The notes: generated from the sequence alone by a model not told the origin. Counted from the stretch's first letter, positions 11,699 through 21,060 are shown. The stretch: DNA of 64,000 bases from Gemmatimonadota bacterium (GCA_965116475.1 OZ220691.1:32001-96000), one strand, 5' to 3'. Program-made: numbers and translations.

Positions 11699-13306
11699 TC
11701 AGCGGGGCGGCGGCATGCGCGTGGGCCGGTGCGACTTGCGCGTCCGCACGTCGATGAACCCGATGAGGCCGGGATCGTCGGGATCGAGCGTGGAACCCGC
11801 CGCGAGCCCGAACTCGAGCTTGAAGTCCCACATCCGGAGGGCCAGCCCGGCTTGTACCGTCGCGTGCAGATCGGTCCCGCTAACCTCTTCGTAGCGTGGA
11901 AACGCGACGACAGCCCCGCTGGTGCGAGCGAACAGGTCGAGGCCGCCGAGCGCCGCGTCGCCGAGGAGCGGGACCGCGTAAGAGGCTTCCGCGTAGGCCA
12001 TCCGCCGAGGGTTCAACCCGCGCAGGGCCACCGTCGGGAGGGTCCCCACCCCGCCCAACGTCGAATACCGCTGGAGCGGCAGGTCGCCGGCGAGATCGGC
12101 CCGCCCGATCGCGAACACCTCCACGGCATGCCCCGCCGGAGTAACGCGTCGAGCGGCGACGCGCCCTTCCACGAGCAGGAAGTCGAACAGGTTCGCGCGG
12201 CCCCCGCCGGGGCCGAGGAGCTCGACGCGGTCGAACTCGTCCTCAAACCCCGCTTCCAGACCGAGGCCGAAGGCCGCAAAGCCGCCGCGATCCTGCAACG
12301 ACCACTCGAAGGCCCCGCGCGCAAACCAAAGGCTCCCCTCATCGATGACGATGGAGGGGGTTCGCTCGAACCACGGGCCCCGGCCTGGGGGGTCGCCTTC
12401 GAACAGAACCGCCACGTCACGCCTGCGCAGAGATTCCGCATCCTCCCACCCCGCCGAGATCGCGAGTCGCCAGCGGGGCGCGTCCTCCCATACCGGCGGC
12501 TCCGGCGACAGCCACTCCAGTTGGACGCCGAATTCCCGGGAGTCGTAGAAGTTGCGGACATCGTTGCCGGCCACAAACTGAGCCAGGCCGTTGTACCACG
12601 TCGGGCGGGTCCATTCCTCGTTGCTGACCACGGCGCTCGTTGCGAACAGGCCGAGCCGGACGCGTTCACCGAGGCGCCACGAGTTGCGGAGGCGGTAGTC
12701 CACGTCTTCCCGGGCGGGGATCCAGGTGAGGCCGCCGGCGAGTTCGGGGCCGCCGGGAACGGTGGAGCTGCGGGCCAGGGCCCCGACCGGCATCGTAAGG
12801 CCGTTCACGCGGTCGTAGGTGGGGAGATGGAAACCGCCGTCGAATTTGAAGATGGGCTCCGGCTCCACCTCGGAGATGATCTCGAACCCGCCGCGCGAGG
12901 GCCGGACGCGCAGCGGCTCGCTCGGACGATAGGTGACGGCCCCCTCGATCTCCGCCACGTCCGAGTCGTAGAACCCGCCTCCGAGCACGAGCACGTCCCC
13001 GGCGATGGACGCGCCGGCGCGAAGGAAGAGGTCGCCGTCGACGACGTAGAGATCGCCCTCGATCCGCCCGGCGATGCGAGCCGTGCCTTCGAGCAGGAGG
13101 ACGGCGCCCGGCACCGTGTCTCCGCGGGCGAGAACCGTGTCCCTCGTCCACACCGTGAAGCCGCCGGCTTCGAGGAAGGCCGCCAGCGCCGCCTGCGCCT
13201 CCGACCGCGGATCCTCGGCCAGCCACACCTCCTGCCCGCTGGCCGGGGCCACCAGGGCGGCGGCCGTCCCCGCGGCGAGCACGACCGCCAGCGCGAGCCG
13301 CTTCAT
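11699..13306 (-). CDS. Exported protein: N-terminal bactofilin/polymer-forming-like beta repeats plus probable C-terminal OM beta-barrel
   Basis: Signal peptide MKRLALAVVLAAGTAAALVAPASG-Q. Repeats IEGDLYVVDGDL, IAGDVLVLGG, then YDRVNGL and amphipathic strands. ATG overlaps the nitroreductase stop. Confidence 0.55.
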   Translation of the reverse strand: MKRLALAVVLAAGTAAALVAPASGQEVWLAEDPRSEAQAALAAFLEAGGFTVWTRDTVLARGDTVPGAVLLLEGTARIAGRIEGDLYVVDGDLFLRAGASIAGDVLVLGGGFYDSDVAEIEGAVTYRPSEPLRVRPSRGGFEIISEVEPEPIFKFDGGFHLPTYDRVNGLTMPVGALARSSTVPGGPELAGGLTWIPAREDVDYRLRNSWRLGERVRLGLFATSAVVSNEEWTRPTWYNGLAQFVAGNDVRNFYDSREFGVQLEWLSPEPPVWEDAPRWRLAISAGWEDAESLRRRDVAVLFEGDPPGRGPWFERTPSIVIDEGSLWFARGAFEWSLQDRGGFAAFGLGLEAGFEDEFDRVELLGPGGGRANLFDFLLVEGRVAARRVTPAGHAVEVFAIGRADLAGDLPLQRYSTLGGVGTLPTVALRGLNPRRMAYAEASYAVPLLGDAALGGLDLFARTSGAVVAFPRYEEVSGTDLHATVQAGLALRMWDFKLEFGLAAGSTLDPDDPGLIGFIDVRTRKSHRPTRMPPPR

Positions 13307-13845
13307 TCGCCGGCCCTCACGGGCGTCCGCCAGCGGTCCCAGGCGATCACCTCCTCGCGCGGCACCCGCTCCGGCAGCTCCGCCAACCCGTCGTGGTACC
13401 CGAGGCAGAAGAGGGCCACCATCGGGATGTGCTCCGGAACGCCGAGAATCTCCCGCACGTCGCCCTCCTTGAAGCCGTAGACCCAGCTCGACTGCACGCC
13501 GAGGTCCGCCGCCGTCAGCATCATCGTCTGGGTCGCGGAGGCGAGGTCCATGGCGAAGCTCGGCCGGCCCGTGCCGCTCACGTGCGAGTGGATGCGCGCG
13601 CAGCAGGCGACGACAACGGGCGCCGTCTTCACGTGCGGGTGGTTGAAGGCGGCCGCCGCGATCCGGTGGCGGGTCAGCGCCTCCTGCACGACGACGAAGC
13701 GCCACGGTTGTGCCTCCCGGGCGGAGGAGGCGTAGCGGGCCGCCTCCAGCACCGCGTCCACGACGTCGGGTTCGACGAGCCGGTCGCGGAAGCGCCGGAC
13801 CGGACGCCGGTTGCGCGACAGGTGGAGGAGGCGGGTCAACCTCAT
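13303..13845 (-). CDS. Nitroreductase family protein
   Basis: RRPVRRF, AQPWRFVVV, MMLTAADLGVQSSWV, FCLGY. Confidence 0.85.
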   Translation of the reverse strand: MRLTRLLHLSRNRRPVRRFRDRLVEPDVVDAVLEAARYASSAREAQPWRFVVVQEALTRHRIAAAAFNHPHVKTAPVVVACCARIHSHVSGTGRPSFAMDLASATQTMMLTAADLGVQSSWVYGFKEGDVREILGVPEHIPMVALFCLGYHDGLAELPERVPREEVIAWDRWRTPVRAGE

Positions 13846-13869
13846 CGACGCGGCTCACCCACGATGCCG

Positions 13870-14784
13870 TCACCCACGCGGATGGTGGCTGCGGTGCACC
13901 TGGCGCAGGAGCGAGCGGTCCGCGTGCGTGTAGATCTCGGTCGTCGAGATGTCTGCATGTCCGAGCATCTCCTGGACCGACGCGAGGTCGGCGCCTCCCT
14001 CCAGCAGGTGAGTCGCGAAGCTGTGGCGCAGCGTATGGGGCGTCACGCGCTTCAGGATGCCGGCACGCTCGACGCGGCGGCGAAGGATCTTCAAGACGCC
14101 CATCCGGCTCAGCGGACGCCCCCGCGCATTGAGGAAAACGCAACCTTCGGAGTGTCCCCGGTCGAGTTCGGGCCTCAGTGTCTCAAGGTATCGGCCCACC
14201 GCCGAACATGCATACGCGCCGATCGGAACGATTCGCTCCTTCCCGCCCTTCCCGCGCACGCGCACAAAAGCTTCCTCGAGGTCGACATCTCTCCCCTTCA
14301 ACGACAGGAGTTCCGAAACGCGGAGCCCGCAGCCGTAGAGGATCTCGAACATGGCGTTATCCCGAGGCACCGCGCGGCCCTCCGGGTCGCCCGCCCCGAT
14401 CAGCGCCTCGATCTCGTGGACGGACAGCACGTCCGGGAGAGGGCGGCCCGCGCGTGGCGCCTCGAGGCGCTCGCTCGGATCGGCCTCGAGGGCGCCCTCG
14501 ACGACGAGGAAGCGGAAGTAGCCGCGCAGCGCGTAGACGCTCCGCGCGACGGTCGAGGCCGCCCGCCCCTCGCCGGCGAGCCGCGCCACGTGGTCGCGAA
14601 GCAGCCCGTACGTGACGCCGCCCGGCTCCGCGACGCCCTCCGAGGCCGCGAACGCCGCGAAGCGCCGCGCCTCGCGCAGATATGCGTCGATGGTGCGCGG
14701 AGAGAGTCCACGTTCGAAGCCGAGGTGGTCCCGGAAAGGTTCGAGATGGAAGGCGCGCTCGATGCCGGGGCCCTCTCCCGTCAC
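13870..14784 (-). CDS. xerD: Tyrosine recombinase XerD-type
   Basis: ERGLSPRTIDAY, GLRVSEL, GKGGKERIVP, PHTLRHSFATHLLEGGADL, LGHADISTTEIYTH. Confidence 0.9.
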   Translation of the reverse strand: MTGEGPGIERAFHLEPFRDHLGFERGLSPRTIDAYLREARRFAAFAASEGVAEPGGVTYGLLRDHVARLAGEGRAASTVARSVYALRGYFRFLVVEGALEADPSERLEAPRAGRPLPDVLSVHEIEALIGAGDPEGRAVPRDNAMFEILYGCGLRVSELLSLKGRDVDLEEAFVRVRGKGGKERIVPIGAYACSAVGRYLETLRPELDRGHSEGCVFLNARGRPLSRMGVLKILRRRVERAGILKRVTPHTLRHSFATHLLEGGADLASVQEMLGHADISTTEIYTHADRSLLRQVHRSHHPRG

Positions 14785-15413
14785 GAAGCGTCCTCCTCGC
14801 GCCGGCTTCGGATCCACCAGGTGACAATGGCGCCGATGAGGATGACGGCTACGACGAGGAGCCAGGCGTTGACCTGGCCGAGGAGCTCCAGCAGGCGGTC
14901 CACGTTGCGCGAGGCGAACAGCCCTCCCGCCAGCATGAGCGCGTTCCAGAGCAGCGACGCGGCGACGACCGGGGCCATCGCCCGCACCGCGCCCAGTCCC
15001 GTGAATCCCGCGAAGGTAGGGACGACCACGCGCAGGACCGGAAGGCAGCGGGCGAAGAAGATGGCCCATAACCCGTGCCGTTCGTAAAAGCGGGCGAGAC
15101 GCTCGAACTGGTGCGGGCGGAGGAGGCGCCGGCCCCAGCGGGTCTCGAACGCGCTGCGACCGCGCCGGCGCGCGAGTCCGAACACGACCATGGCGCCACC
15201 GGAGTTCGCGATCCACGCGCAGAGGAGTACGGGGAGGGGCTGCAACGATCCGCGGTCCGCCAGCACGGCGCCGAGCACCACGAACGTGTCCGAGGGGACG
15301 GGGGGAAAGATGTTCTCGAGGGCGGACCCCGCGGTGATGAGCGCGTAGGCGGTGAGCGCCGGGAGGGCGAGGAGAAAGTCGAGGAGGGGTTGAACGCCGG
15401 GAACCTCAGACAC
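14781..15413 (-). CDS. DedA family membrane protein
   Basis: LENIFPPVPSD, FYERHG..AIFFARCLPVLR. Confidence 0.9.
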   Translation of the reverse strand: MSEVPGVQPLLDFLLALPALTAYALITAGSALENIFPPVPSDTFVVLGAVLADRGSLQPLPVLLCAWIANSGGAMVVFGLARRRGRSAFETRWGRRLLRPHQFERLARFYERHGLWAIFFARCLPVLRVVVPTFAGFTGLGAVRAMAPVVAASLLWNALMLAGGLFASRNVDRLLELLGQVNAWLLVVAVILIGAIVTWWIRSRREEDAS

Positions 15414-15894
15414 CGTCCCCCGCAGCCGGGGTCACCGTCGCGACCGCGATGGCGGCGAGGCCCTCGCCCCGTCCGATCCACCCCATCCCCTCGTTCGACT
15501 TCCCCTTGATCGACACCCCGGCCGCCCCCGTGCCCAGCGCCGCGCCGAGCCGCTCCCGCATGGCCGCGGCGTGCGGCAGGATGCGGGGCCGCTCGGCGAT
15601 GACGGTCACGTCGACGTTTCCGACCCGGCATCCCTTCTCGCGCAGCCGGCGCACCGCCGAGGCGAGGAGTTCGACGGAGTCGGCGCCCGCGTAAGCCGGG
15701 TCCGTATCCGGGAAGAGCGCGCCGATGTCCCCGAGGCCCGCCGCGCCCAGGACCGCATCGGTGATCGCGTGCGCGACCGCGTCCCCATCGGAGTGCCCCT
15801 TCAGGCCGGGAGCGTCGGGGATCGTCACCCCCCCCAGCACGAGGGGGCGCGCCTCGTCGAAACGGTGGGAATCGTACCCGACGCCCGTCCGCAC
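15406..15894 (-). CDS. ispF: 2-C-methyl-D-erythritol 2,4-cyclodiphosphate synthase
   Basis: GVGYDSHRF, GHSDGDAVAHAITDAVLGA, GDIG.LFPD. Confidence 0.97.
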   Translation of the reverse strand: MRTGVGYDSHRFDEARPLVLGGVTIPDAPGLKGHSDGDAVAHAITDAVLGAAGLGDIGALFPDTDPAYAGADSVELLASAVRRLREKGCRVGNVDVTVIAERPRILPHAAAMRERLGAALGTGAAGVSIKGKSNEGMGWIGRGEGLAAIAVATVTPAAGDGV

Positions 15895-15916
15895 CGGACG
15901 AACCTCCCCGGCTTGG

Positions 15917-16321
15917 CTAGCCTCGCCCCGTGCCCAGGATGCGGAGGGCGAGGTGGGCCGCGTTCTTCGCGTTGTCGATGCCCACGGCGGCGACGGGGAC
16001 GCCCGGCGGCATCTGCGCGCACGACAGGAGCGCGTCGAGCCCTCCGAGCGTGCCCGCGGAGACAGGGACGCCGATCACCGGCAGCGAGGTGTGGGCCGCC
16101 ACGACGCCGGGGAGCGCCGCCGACAGCCCCGCCCCGCAGATCACGACGGAATGGCCGGCCGCCGCCGCCCCCTCCGCCAACTCCGCGGTTCGCTTCGGCT
16201 GCCGGTGGGCCGAACTCACCTCGACCTGCACCTCGACCCCGTGTTCGCGAAGGATCGCCACGCCCTTCTCCATCGTGGGCATGTCCGATTCCGACCCCAT
16301 CATCACCAGTACCGAACTCAT
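15917..16321 (-). CDS. purE: PurE (N5-CAIR mutase/AIR carboxylase family), short 134-aa form
   Basis: MGSESD, SSAHR, PVIGVP, QMPPGVPVA. Confidence 0.92.
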   Translation of the reverse strand: MSSVLVMMGSESDMPTMEKGVAILREHGVEVQVEVSSAHRQPKRTAELAEGAAAAGHSVVICGAGLSAALPGVVAAHTSLPVIGVPVSAGTLGGLDALLSCAQMPPGVPVAAVGIDNAKNAAHLALRILGTGRG

Positions 16322-16331
16322 CGCATCCCCT

Positions 16332-17594
16332 CTAGTTGCCGTTCCAGCGCCGGACGGCCAGGCAGACGTTGTGGCCGCCGAACCCGAAGGAATTCGAGAG
16401 CGCGACCTCGACCTCCCGTTCCAGCACGCCCGCATGGGCGTATTCGAGATCGCACTCGGGATCCGCTTCTTCGAAGTTGATCGTGGGCGGGATGATCCCG
16501 TGCCGGCAGACGAGGACGGAGATCGCCCCTTCTATGGCCCCCGCCGCCCCGAGCGTGTGTCCGGTCATCGATTTCGTCGAGCCCACGACGATCGAGTACG
16601 CGTGGTCGCCCAGGACATCCTTGATGGCTTTCGTCTCCGAGACGTCGTTGGCGGGCGTCGACGTGCCGTGCGCGTTGATGTACCCGACGTCCGCCGGGTC
16701 GAGCCCCGCGTCGTCGAGCGCCTGTTCCATGGCGAGCCGCGCTCCGGAGCCATCCGGCGCCGGCGCCGTCATGTGGTAGGCGTCCGCGCTCTGCCCGAAG
16801 CCCGCCACCTCCCCGAGAATCGTCGCCCCGCGCGCCTTCGCGTGTTCGAGTTCCTCGAGTATGAACATCCCCGCGCCTTCCCCGAGCACGAACCCGTCGC
16901 GGTGCGCGTCGAACGGGCGCGAGGCCCGCTTCGGATCGTCGTTGCGCGTGGACATCGCCCGCATGTTCGCGAAGCCCGCGACCGCGAGCGGCGTGATCGT
17001 GGATTCGCTGCCCCCCGTGATCATCACGTCGGCCTCGCCGTTTCGGATCGAACGGAAGGCCAGCCCGACGGAATGGCCGCTGGAGGCGCAGGCCGAAACC
17101 GTCGCATAGTTGGGGCCCTGCGCCCCGTACCGCATCGACACCATCCCCGAAGCCATGTCGGGGATGAACATGGGGATGAAGAAGGGGGAGACGCGCCGCG
17201 GCCCGCCGCCGAGCAGCCTTTCGTGCTGGGCCTCGAGCAGCGGGAGCCCGCCGATCCCGACGCCGATGAGCACGCCGACCCGATCCGGGGGCAGCTCTCC
17301 GAAGCCCTCGGCGAACCCCGCCTGGGCCACGGCCTGCTCCGCCGCGGCCATCGCGAAGTGCAGGAACCGGTCCGCCCGGCGGGCGTCCTTCCGGTCCATG
17401 TACTTCGCCGGGTCGAAGTCCTTCACCTCGCAGGCGAAGCGCACCGACTGGTCGGACGCGTCGAACTGCGTGATGGCCCCCGCGCCGCTCACGCCGCCGA
17501 GGAGGGCGTCCCAGGTCGAGTCCGGATCGAGCCCGATCGGCGTGACCAGGCCGATCCCCGTGATCGCTACGCGTCTCTTCATGAGACTGCTCAT
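16332..17594 (-). CDS. fabF: Beta-ketoacyl-ACP synthase II
   Basis: VSACAS (active Cys), INAHGTST, KSMTGHTLG, SNSFGFGGHN. Start may be 17582. Confidence 0.97.
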   Translation of the reverse strand: MSSLMKRRVAITGIGLVTPIGLDPDSTWDALLGGVSGAGAITQFDASDQSVRFACEVKDFDPAKYMDRKDARRADRFLHFAMAAAEQAVAQAGFAEGFGELPPDRVGVLIGVGIGGLPLLEAQHERLLGGGPRRVSPFFIPMFIPDMASGMVSMRYGAQGPNYATVSACASSGHSVGLAFRSIRNGEADVMITGGSESTITPLAVAGFANMRAMSTRNDDPKRASRPFDAHRDGFVLGEGAGMFILEELEHAKARGATILGEVAGFGQSADAYHMTAPAPDGSGARLAMEQALDDAGLDPADVGYINAHGTSTPANDVSETKAIKDVLGDHAYSIVVGSTKSMTGHTLGAAGAIEGAISVLVCRHGIIPPTINFEEADPECDLEYAHAGVLEREVEVALSNSFGFGGHNVCLAVRRWNGN

Positions 17595-17643
17595 GAAACG
17601 GAAGGCCCGCGGGCGCCGGCGGCCCGCACGGGAGCCTCGATTG

Positions 17644-17874
17644 CTAGGCCTTCTCGTTCAGGTACGCGATGGCCTCCTCGACCGTCTGCATTCTCTCGGC
17701 GTCCTCATCCGGGATCTCGATCCCGAACTCCTCCTCGAAAGCCATCACGAGTTCGACGGTATCGAGCGAGTCGGCGCCCAGATCATCGACGAAGTTCGCG
17801 TCGTCCACCACCTTCTCCTGCTCCACGCCGAGTTCCTGGGCGATGATCTCCCGCACGCGTGCCGCGTTGTCCAT
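17644..17874 (-). CDS. acpP: Acyl carrier protein
   Basis: [28 protein letters not shown] upstream. Confidence 0.98.
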   Translation of the reverse strand: MDNAARVREIIAQELGVEQEKVVDDANFVDDLGADSLDTVELVMAFEEEFGIEIPDEDAERMQTVEEAIAYLNEKA

Positions 17875-17907
17875 GATTGCGTGTTCTCCTTGTATGAAGG
17901 GGACCGA

Positions 17908-17955
17908 CCCGCGGCCCCGCTTTTTCCCCAGCCTTCCCCGACCTTTTCCCGACCC
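17908..17955 (-). other. Six G-tracts in the acpP leader (G-quadruplex-pattern sequence)
   Basis: Minus strand GGG-tc-GGG-aaaaggtc-GGGG-aaggct-GGGG-aaaaagc-GGGG-ccgc-GGG. Confidence 0.45.
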
Positions 17956-17985
17956 TCTCAGGCGACCGAATATGCGGCGGCGACG

Positions 17986-18729
17986 CTAGGATTGCATGAC
18001 CATCCCGCCGTCGACGACGACTACCTGCCCGGTAACGTACGAAGCCCCGGGACCGACGAGAAATCGCACCACCGTGGCGACATCTTCCGGGGACCCCGGC
18101 CGGCCGAGGGGAATCCTCTCCGACATGGCTTTTTGAACGCTTTCCGGCAGTCCCGAGGTCATGTCGGTCGAGATGAACCCGGGTGCGACCGCGTTGGCTC
18201 GCACCCCGCGACTCGCAAGCTCCTGAGCGACGCTTCGGGTGAGCGAGATCAGGGCGGCTTTGGCCGCCGCATAGTTGGACTGGCCGCGGTTTCCCGTCAA
18301 GCCCACGACGCTGGAGATGTTCACGATGTTTCCGGCGCGCCGTTTCATCATGCCGCGGGCGACGGCCCGCATGAGATAGAAGGCCCCCGACAGATTCGTG
18401 TCGAGCACCGAGCGCCAGTCCTCGTCCTTGAGGCGGAGGAGGATGTTGTCGCGCGTGATTCCCGCGTTGTTCACGAGGATCGTCGCGGCGCCGAGCGTCT
18501 CGGAGACATCCGCGACGAGCCCCTTGCAAGCCTCCGGGTCGGAGATGTCGCACCCGAAGCCCGCATGACCGTCGCCGGGCAGGCCCTCGGCCACCGCCCG
18601 GGCCCGGTCCGCTCCCGTGCCGACCACGGCCACGCGCGCGCCCCCCCGGGCCAGTTCCGCCGCGATCGCGGTCCCGATGCCGCGCGTCGCCCCCGTGACG
18701 ATGGCGATCTCCCCCGTCAGTTCGCTCAT
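17986..18729 (-). CDS. fabG: 3-oxoacyl-ACP reductase
   Basis: TGATRGIG, LVNNAGITRD, YAAAK, NAVAPGFI. Confidence 0.97.
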   Translation of the reverse strand: MSELTGEIAIVTGATRGIGTAIAAELARGGARVAVVGTGADRARAVAEGLPGDGHAGFGCDISDPEACKGLVADVSETLGAATILVNNAGITRDNILLRLKDEDWRSVLDTNLSGAFYLMRAVARGMMKRRAGNIVNISSVVGLTGNRGQSNYAAAKAALISLTRSVAQELASRGVRANAVAPGFISTDMTSGLPESVQKAMSERIPLGRPGSPEDVATVVRFLVGPGASYVTGQVVVVDGGMVMQS

Positions 18730-18740
18730 TCAGCTCCCCT

Positions 18741-18805
18741 GTGCAGTGCCGGCGTGCGGTGCCAGCGTGCGGTGCCAGCGTGCGGTGTCAGCGTGCGGTG
18801 TCATT
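18741..18805. repeat. Intergenic 13-bp tandem repeat x5 between fabD and fabG
   Basis: gtgcagtgccggc/gtgcggtgccagc/gtgcggtgccagc/gtgcggtgtcagc/gtgcggtgtcatt. Confidence 0.9.
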
Positions 18806-18809
18806 CGCG

Positions 18810-19745
18810 CTAGTCCGACGATCCCAGGTAGGCGTCCACGGACGGCGAGTCTCCGACCGCGGTCACGCGCAGACTCCGATCGATGCGGCGGGCGAGGCCG
18901 GAGAGCACGTTGCCGGGTCCGACCTCGATGCAGCGCGTGGCCCCCGCCTCGCGGATGCGTTCGATCCCCTCCCTCCAGCGGACGGGCGACGTGAGCTGCA
19001 GGATGAGGGTTCGCCGCGCCTCCTCCGAGTCCGTCACGGGAGTCGCCGTGGCGTTGGACACGATGGGGAACGACGGATCGCGCCACATCGTCCCGTCGAG
19101 CGCCACCTTCAGCCCGTCGGCCGCCGTCGCCATGAGCGGCGAATGGAACGCGCCGCTCACGTTGAGCGGGAGGACGCGGCGCGCGCCGGCCTCCGAGGCG
19201 AGCCGGCCCGCCCGGCCCACGGCCTCGACGTCGCCGCTGATGACGACCTGTCCGGGTGCGTTGAGATTCGCGGGCACGGCGATCCCCCCGGCCGCCCCCG
19301 CGCGCTCGCACACGTCGGCGACGGTCGCCGCGTCCAACCCGAGTACGGCCGCCATCGTGCCCGGCCGGTCCGCGCCCGAGGCGCCCATGAGCCGTCCGCG
19401 CTCGCGCACGATTCGGAGACCGTCCTCGAAGCCGAAGGCGTCGGACACGAGGTACGCCGACAGTTCCCCGAGCGAATGTCCCGCCCCGATGCCCGGCTTG
19501 CCGGCGCGCGCGCCGATGAGATGCCAGATGGCGAACGAGTGCAGCATGATCGCGGGTTGCGCGTTCTCCGTCGCCCGCAGCTCGTCCTCGGGCCCCTCCC
19601 AGCAGATGCGGCGCAGCGGCATGCCGAGCGCATCGTCCGCCCGCTCGTAGAGTTCCCGCACCGAGGCGTCGTCTTCCGCCAGGTCCCGGCCCATGCCCAC
19701 GTACTGGGAGCCCTGTCCCGGGAAGAGGAGCGCGACCCCGCTCAC
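18810..19745 (-). CDS. fabD: Malonyl-CoA:ACP transacylase
   Basis: FPGQGSQ, TENAQPAI, GHSLGE, VSGAFHS. GTG overlaps the plsX stop. Confidence 0.97.
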   Translation of the reverse strand: MSGVALLFPGQGSQYVGMGRDLAEDDASVRELYERADDALGMPLRRICWEGPEDELRATENAQPAIMLHSFAIWHLIGARAGKPGIGAGHSLGELSAYLVSDAFGFEDGLRIVRERGRLMGASGADRPGTMAAVLGLDAATVADVCERAGAAGGIAVPANLNAPGQVVISGDVEAVGRAGRLASEAGARRVLPLNVSGAFHSPLMATAADGLKVALDGTMWRDPSFPIVSNATATPVTDSEEARRTLILQLTSPVRWREGIERIREAGATRCIEVGPGNVLSGLARRIDRSLRVTAVGDSPSVDAYLGSSD

Positions 19746-20722
19746 GCGCCGCTCTCCTGCATGCGGACGAGGGAGGTGCGGGTGACGGAGGTGAAGCCGG
19801 AGGCGGCGCAGTCGGCCGCCGTGCGGATCCCGTTCATGATGGCGCGCGCGGGGGAGGTCCCGTGACAGATGACCGTGACGCCGTCCACGCCGAACAGGGG
19901 CGCCCCGCCATACTCGGTGTAGTCGAGAAAGCGCAGGGCCTCGCCGAGCTCGCCGCCTTCTCCCACGCCGGCGTTCCGGAAGATCTCCAGCACGAACTCG
20001 GCGATCGACTCGTAGAACTTCAGCAGCACGTTGCCGACGAAGCCGCCGCACACGAGCACGTCGCAGGCCCCGGTCACGATCTGGTGTCCTTCCACGTTCC
20101 CGACGAAATGCAGCCCGGGATCGGCGGAGAGGAGGCCGTGGGCCATCGCGACCGCGCCCCCGCCTTTCTCTCCCTCCACCCCGATATTGAGAAGGCCGAC
20201 CCGCGGCCGCCCGATCGAGAGCGTCCGGCGCAGGTAGGTCGAACCCAGGTGCGCGAACTGGTGCAGTTGCCTGGGGCGGACGTCCACGTTCGCGCCCACG
20301 TCCATGACGAGCACGCGCCCGGTCGCGGTCGGGAAGAGGGCGCCCACGGGCGGCCGATCCACGCCGGGGAGCAAGCCGAGCGTGAGTACCGAGGCAACGA
20401 CCGTGGCCCCGGTCGGCCCGGCGGACACGAAGCCGTCTGCGCTCCCGTCGCGCACGGCCTCCAGGCCGCGGACCACGGTGCTGTCCGCCTTCCGGCGCAC
20501 GGCGAGGGCGGGCGGTTCCGCCGGGTCGATGAACTCCTCCGCCGCGAGCCACGCCACCCGGTCGCGCGGGAATCCGGTGCGTGCTTCGCGCATGAGGCTG
20601 CGGGGGCCTACGAGCAGGAGGGAGAGGTCGTCCGGCCACGCGTCGAGCGCTCCCGCGGCGGCCTCCAGCACCGCCTCCGGCGCGGCGTCTCCGCCCAGCA
20701 GATCGAGTGCAATCCGAACCAT
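19742..20722 (-). CDS. plsX: Phosphate acyltransferase
   Basis: RIALDLLGGDAAP, VSAGPTGA, DVGANVD, GLLNIG.E..KG, YGGAPL, ICHG. Confidence 0.95.
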   Translation of the reverse strand: MVRIALDLLGGDAAPEAVLEAAAGALDAWPDDLSLLLVGPRSLMREARTGFPRDRVAWLAAEEFIDPAEPPALAVRRKADSTVVRGLEAVRDGSADGFVSAGPTGATVVASVLTLGLLPGVDRPPVGALFPTATGRVLVMDVGANVDVRPRQLHQFAHLGSTYLRRTLSIGRPRVGLLNIGVEGEKGGGAVAMAHGLLSADPGLHFVGNVEGHQIVTGACDVLVCGGFVGNVLLKFYESIAEFVLEIFRNAGVGEGGELGEALRFLDYTEYGGAPLFGVDGVTVICHGTSPARAIMNGIRTAADCAASGFTSVTRTSLVRMQESGA

Positions 20723-20790
20723 GTCGGGCTCCCCGCCCGATTCACCTACCCGGCCCGGCCGCCGGAGGGCGGCGGCCGCGCTCGGGAGCA

Positions 20791-20973
20791 TCAAAAGTCG
20801 TCGATCTGAACGACCTCGCGGTCCGCGTAGTGGCCGCAGGTCGGGCAGACGCGATGCGGTCGTTTCGGGTCCCCGCACTTGGGGCACGCCTGGCGCGCGT
20901 TGTCCGCGGCCTTGTAATGCGTACGCCGCTTGCGCTTGCGCTGCTTCGACGTCCGTCTCTTGGGAACAGCCAT
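20791..20973 (-). CDS. rpmF: 50S ribosomal protein L32 (Zn-ribbon form)
   Basis: [21 protein letters not shown]...HRVCPTCG. Confidence 0.98.
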   Translation of the reverse strand: MAVPKRRTSKQRKRKRRTHYKAADNARQACPKCGDPKRPHRVCPTCGHYADREVVQIDDF

Positions 20974-21060
20974 ATCGTCAACACACTCCTGGCAGCCATC
21001 GACTGGAACTCCGCGACGTTCGGGCGGAGCATGGCAACTGGCGCTTTTCGCGCCGGAATG

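Noticed and set aside
13870-14784. Tyrosine recombinase as integrase of a mobile element
   Set aside because: XerD-like motifs, embedded by overlap in a housekeeping run, with no att-like repeats, cargo or evident composition shift.
18741-18805. Possible mini-CRISPR or sigma54 promoter array (TGGCAC units on the minus strand)
   Set aside because: Repeats are contiguous with no spacers and no cas genes; GG-to-GC spacing is 8 nt, not the 10 nt needed for -24/-12.
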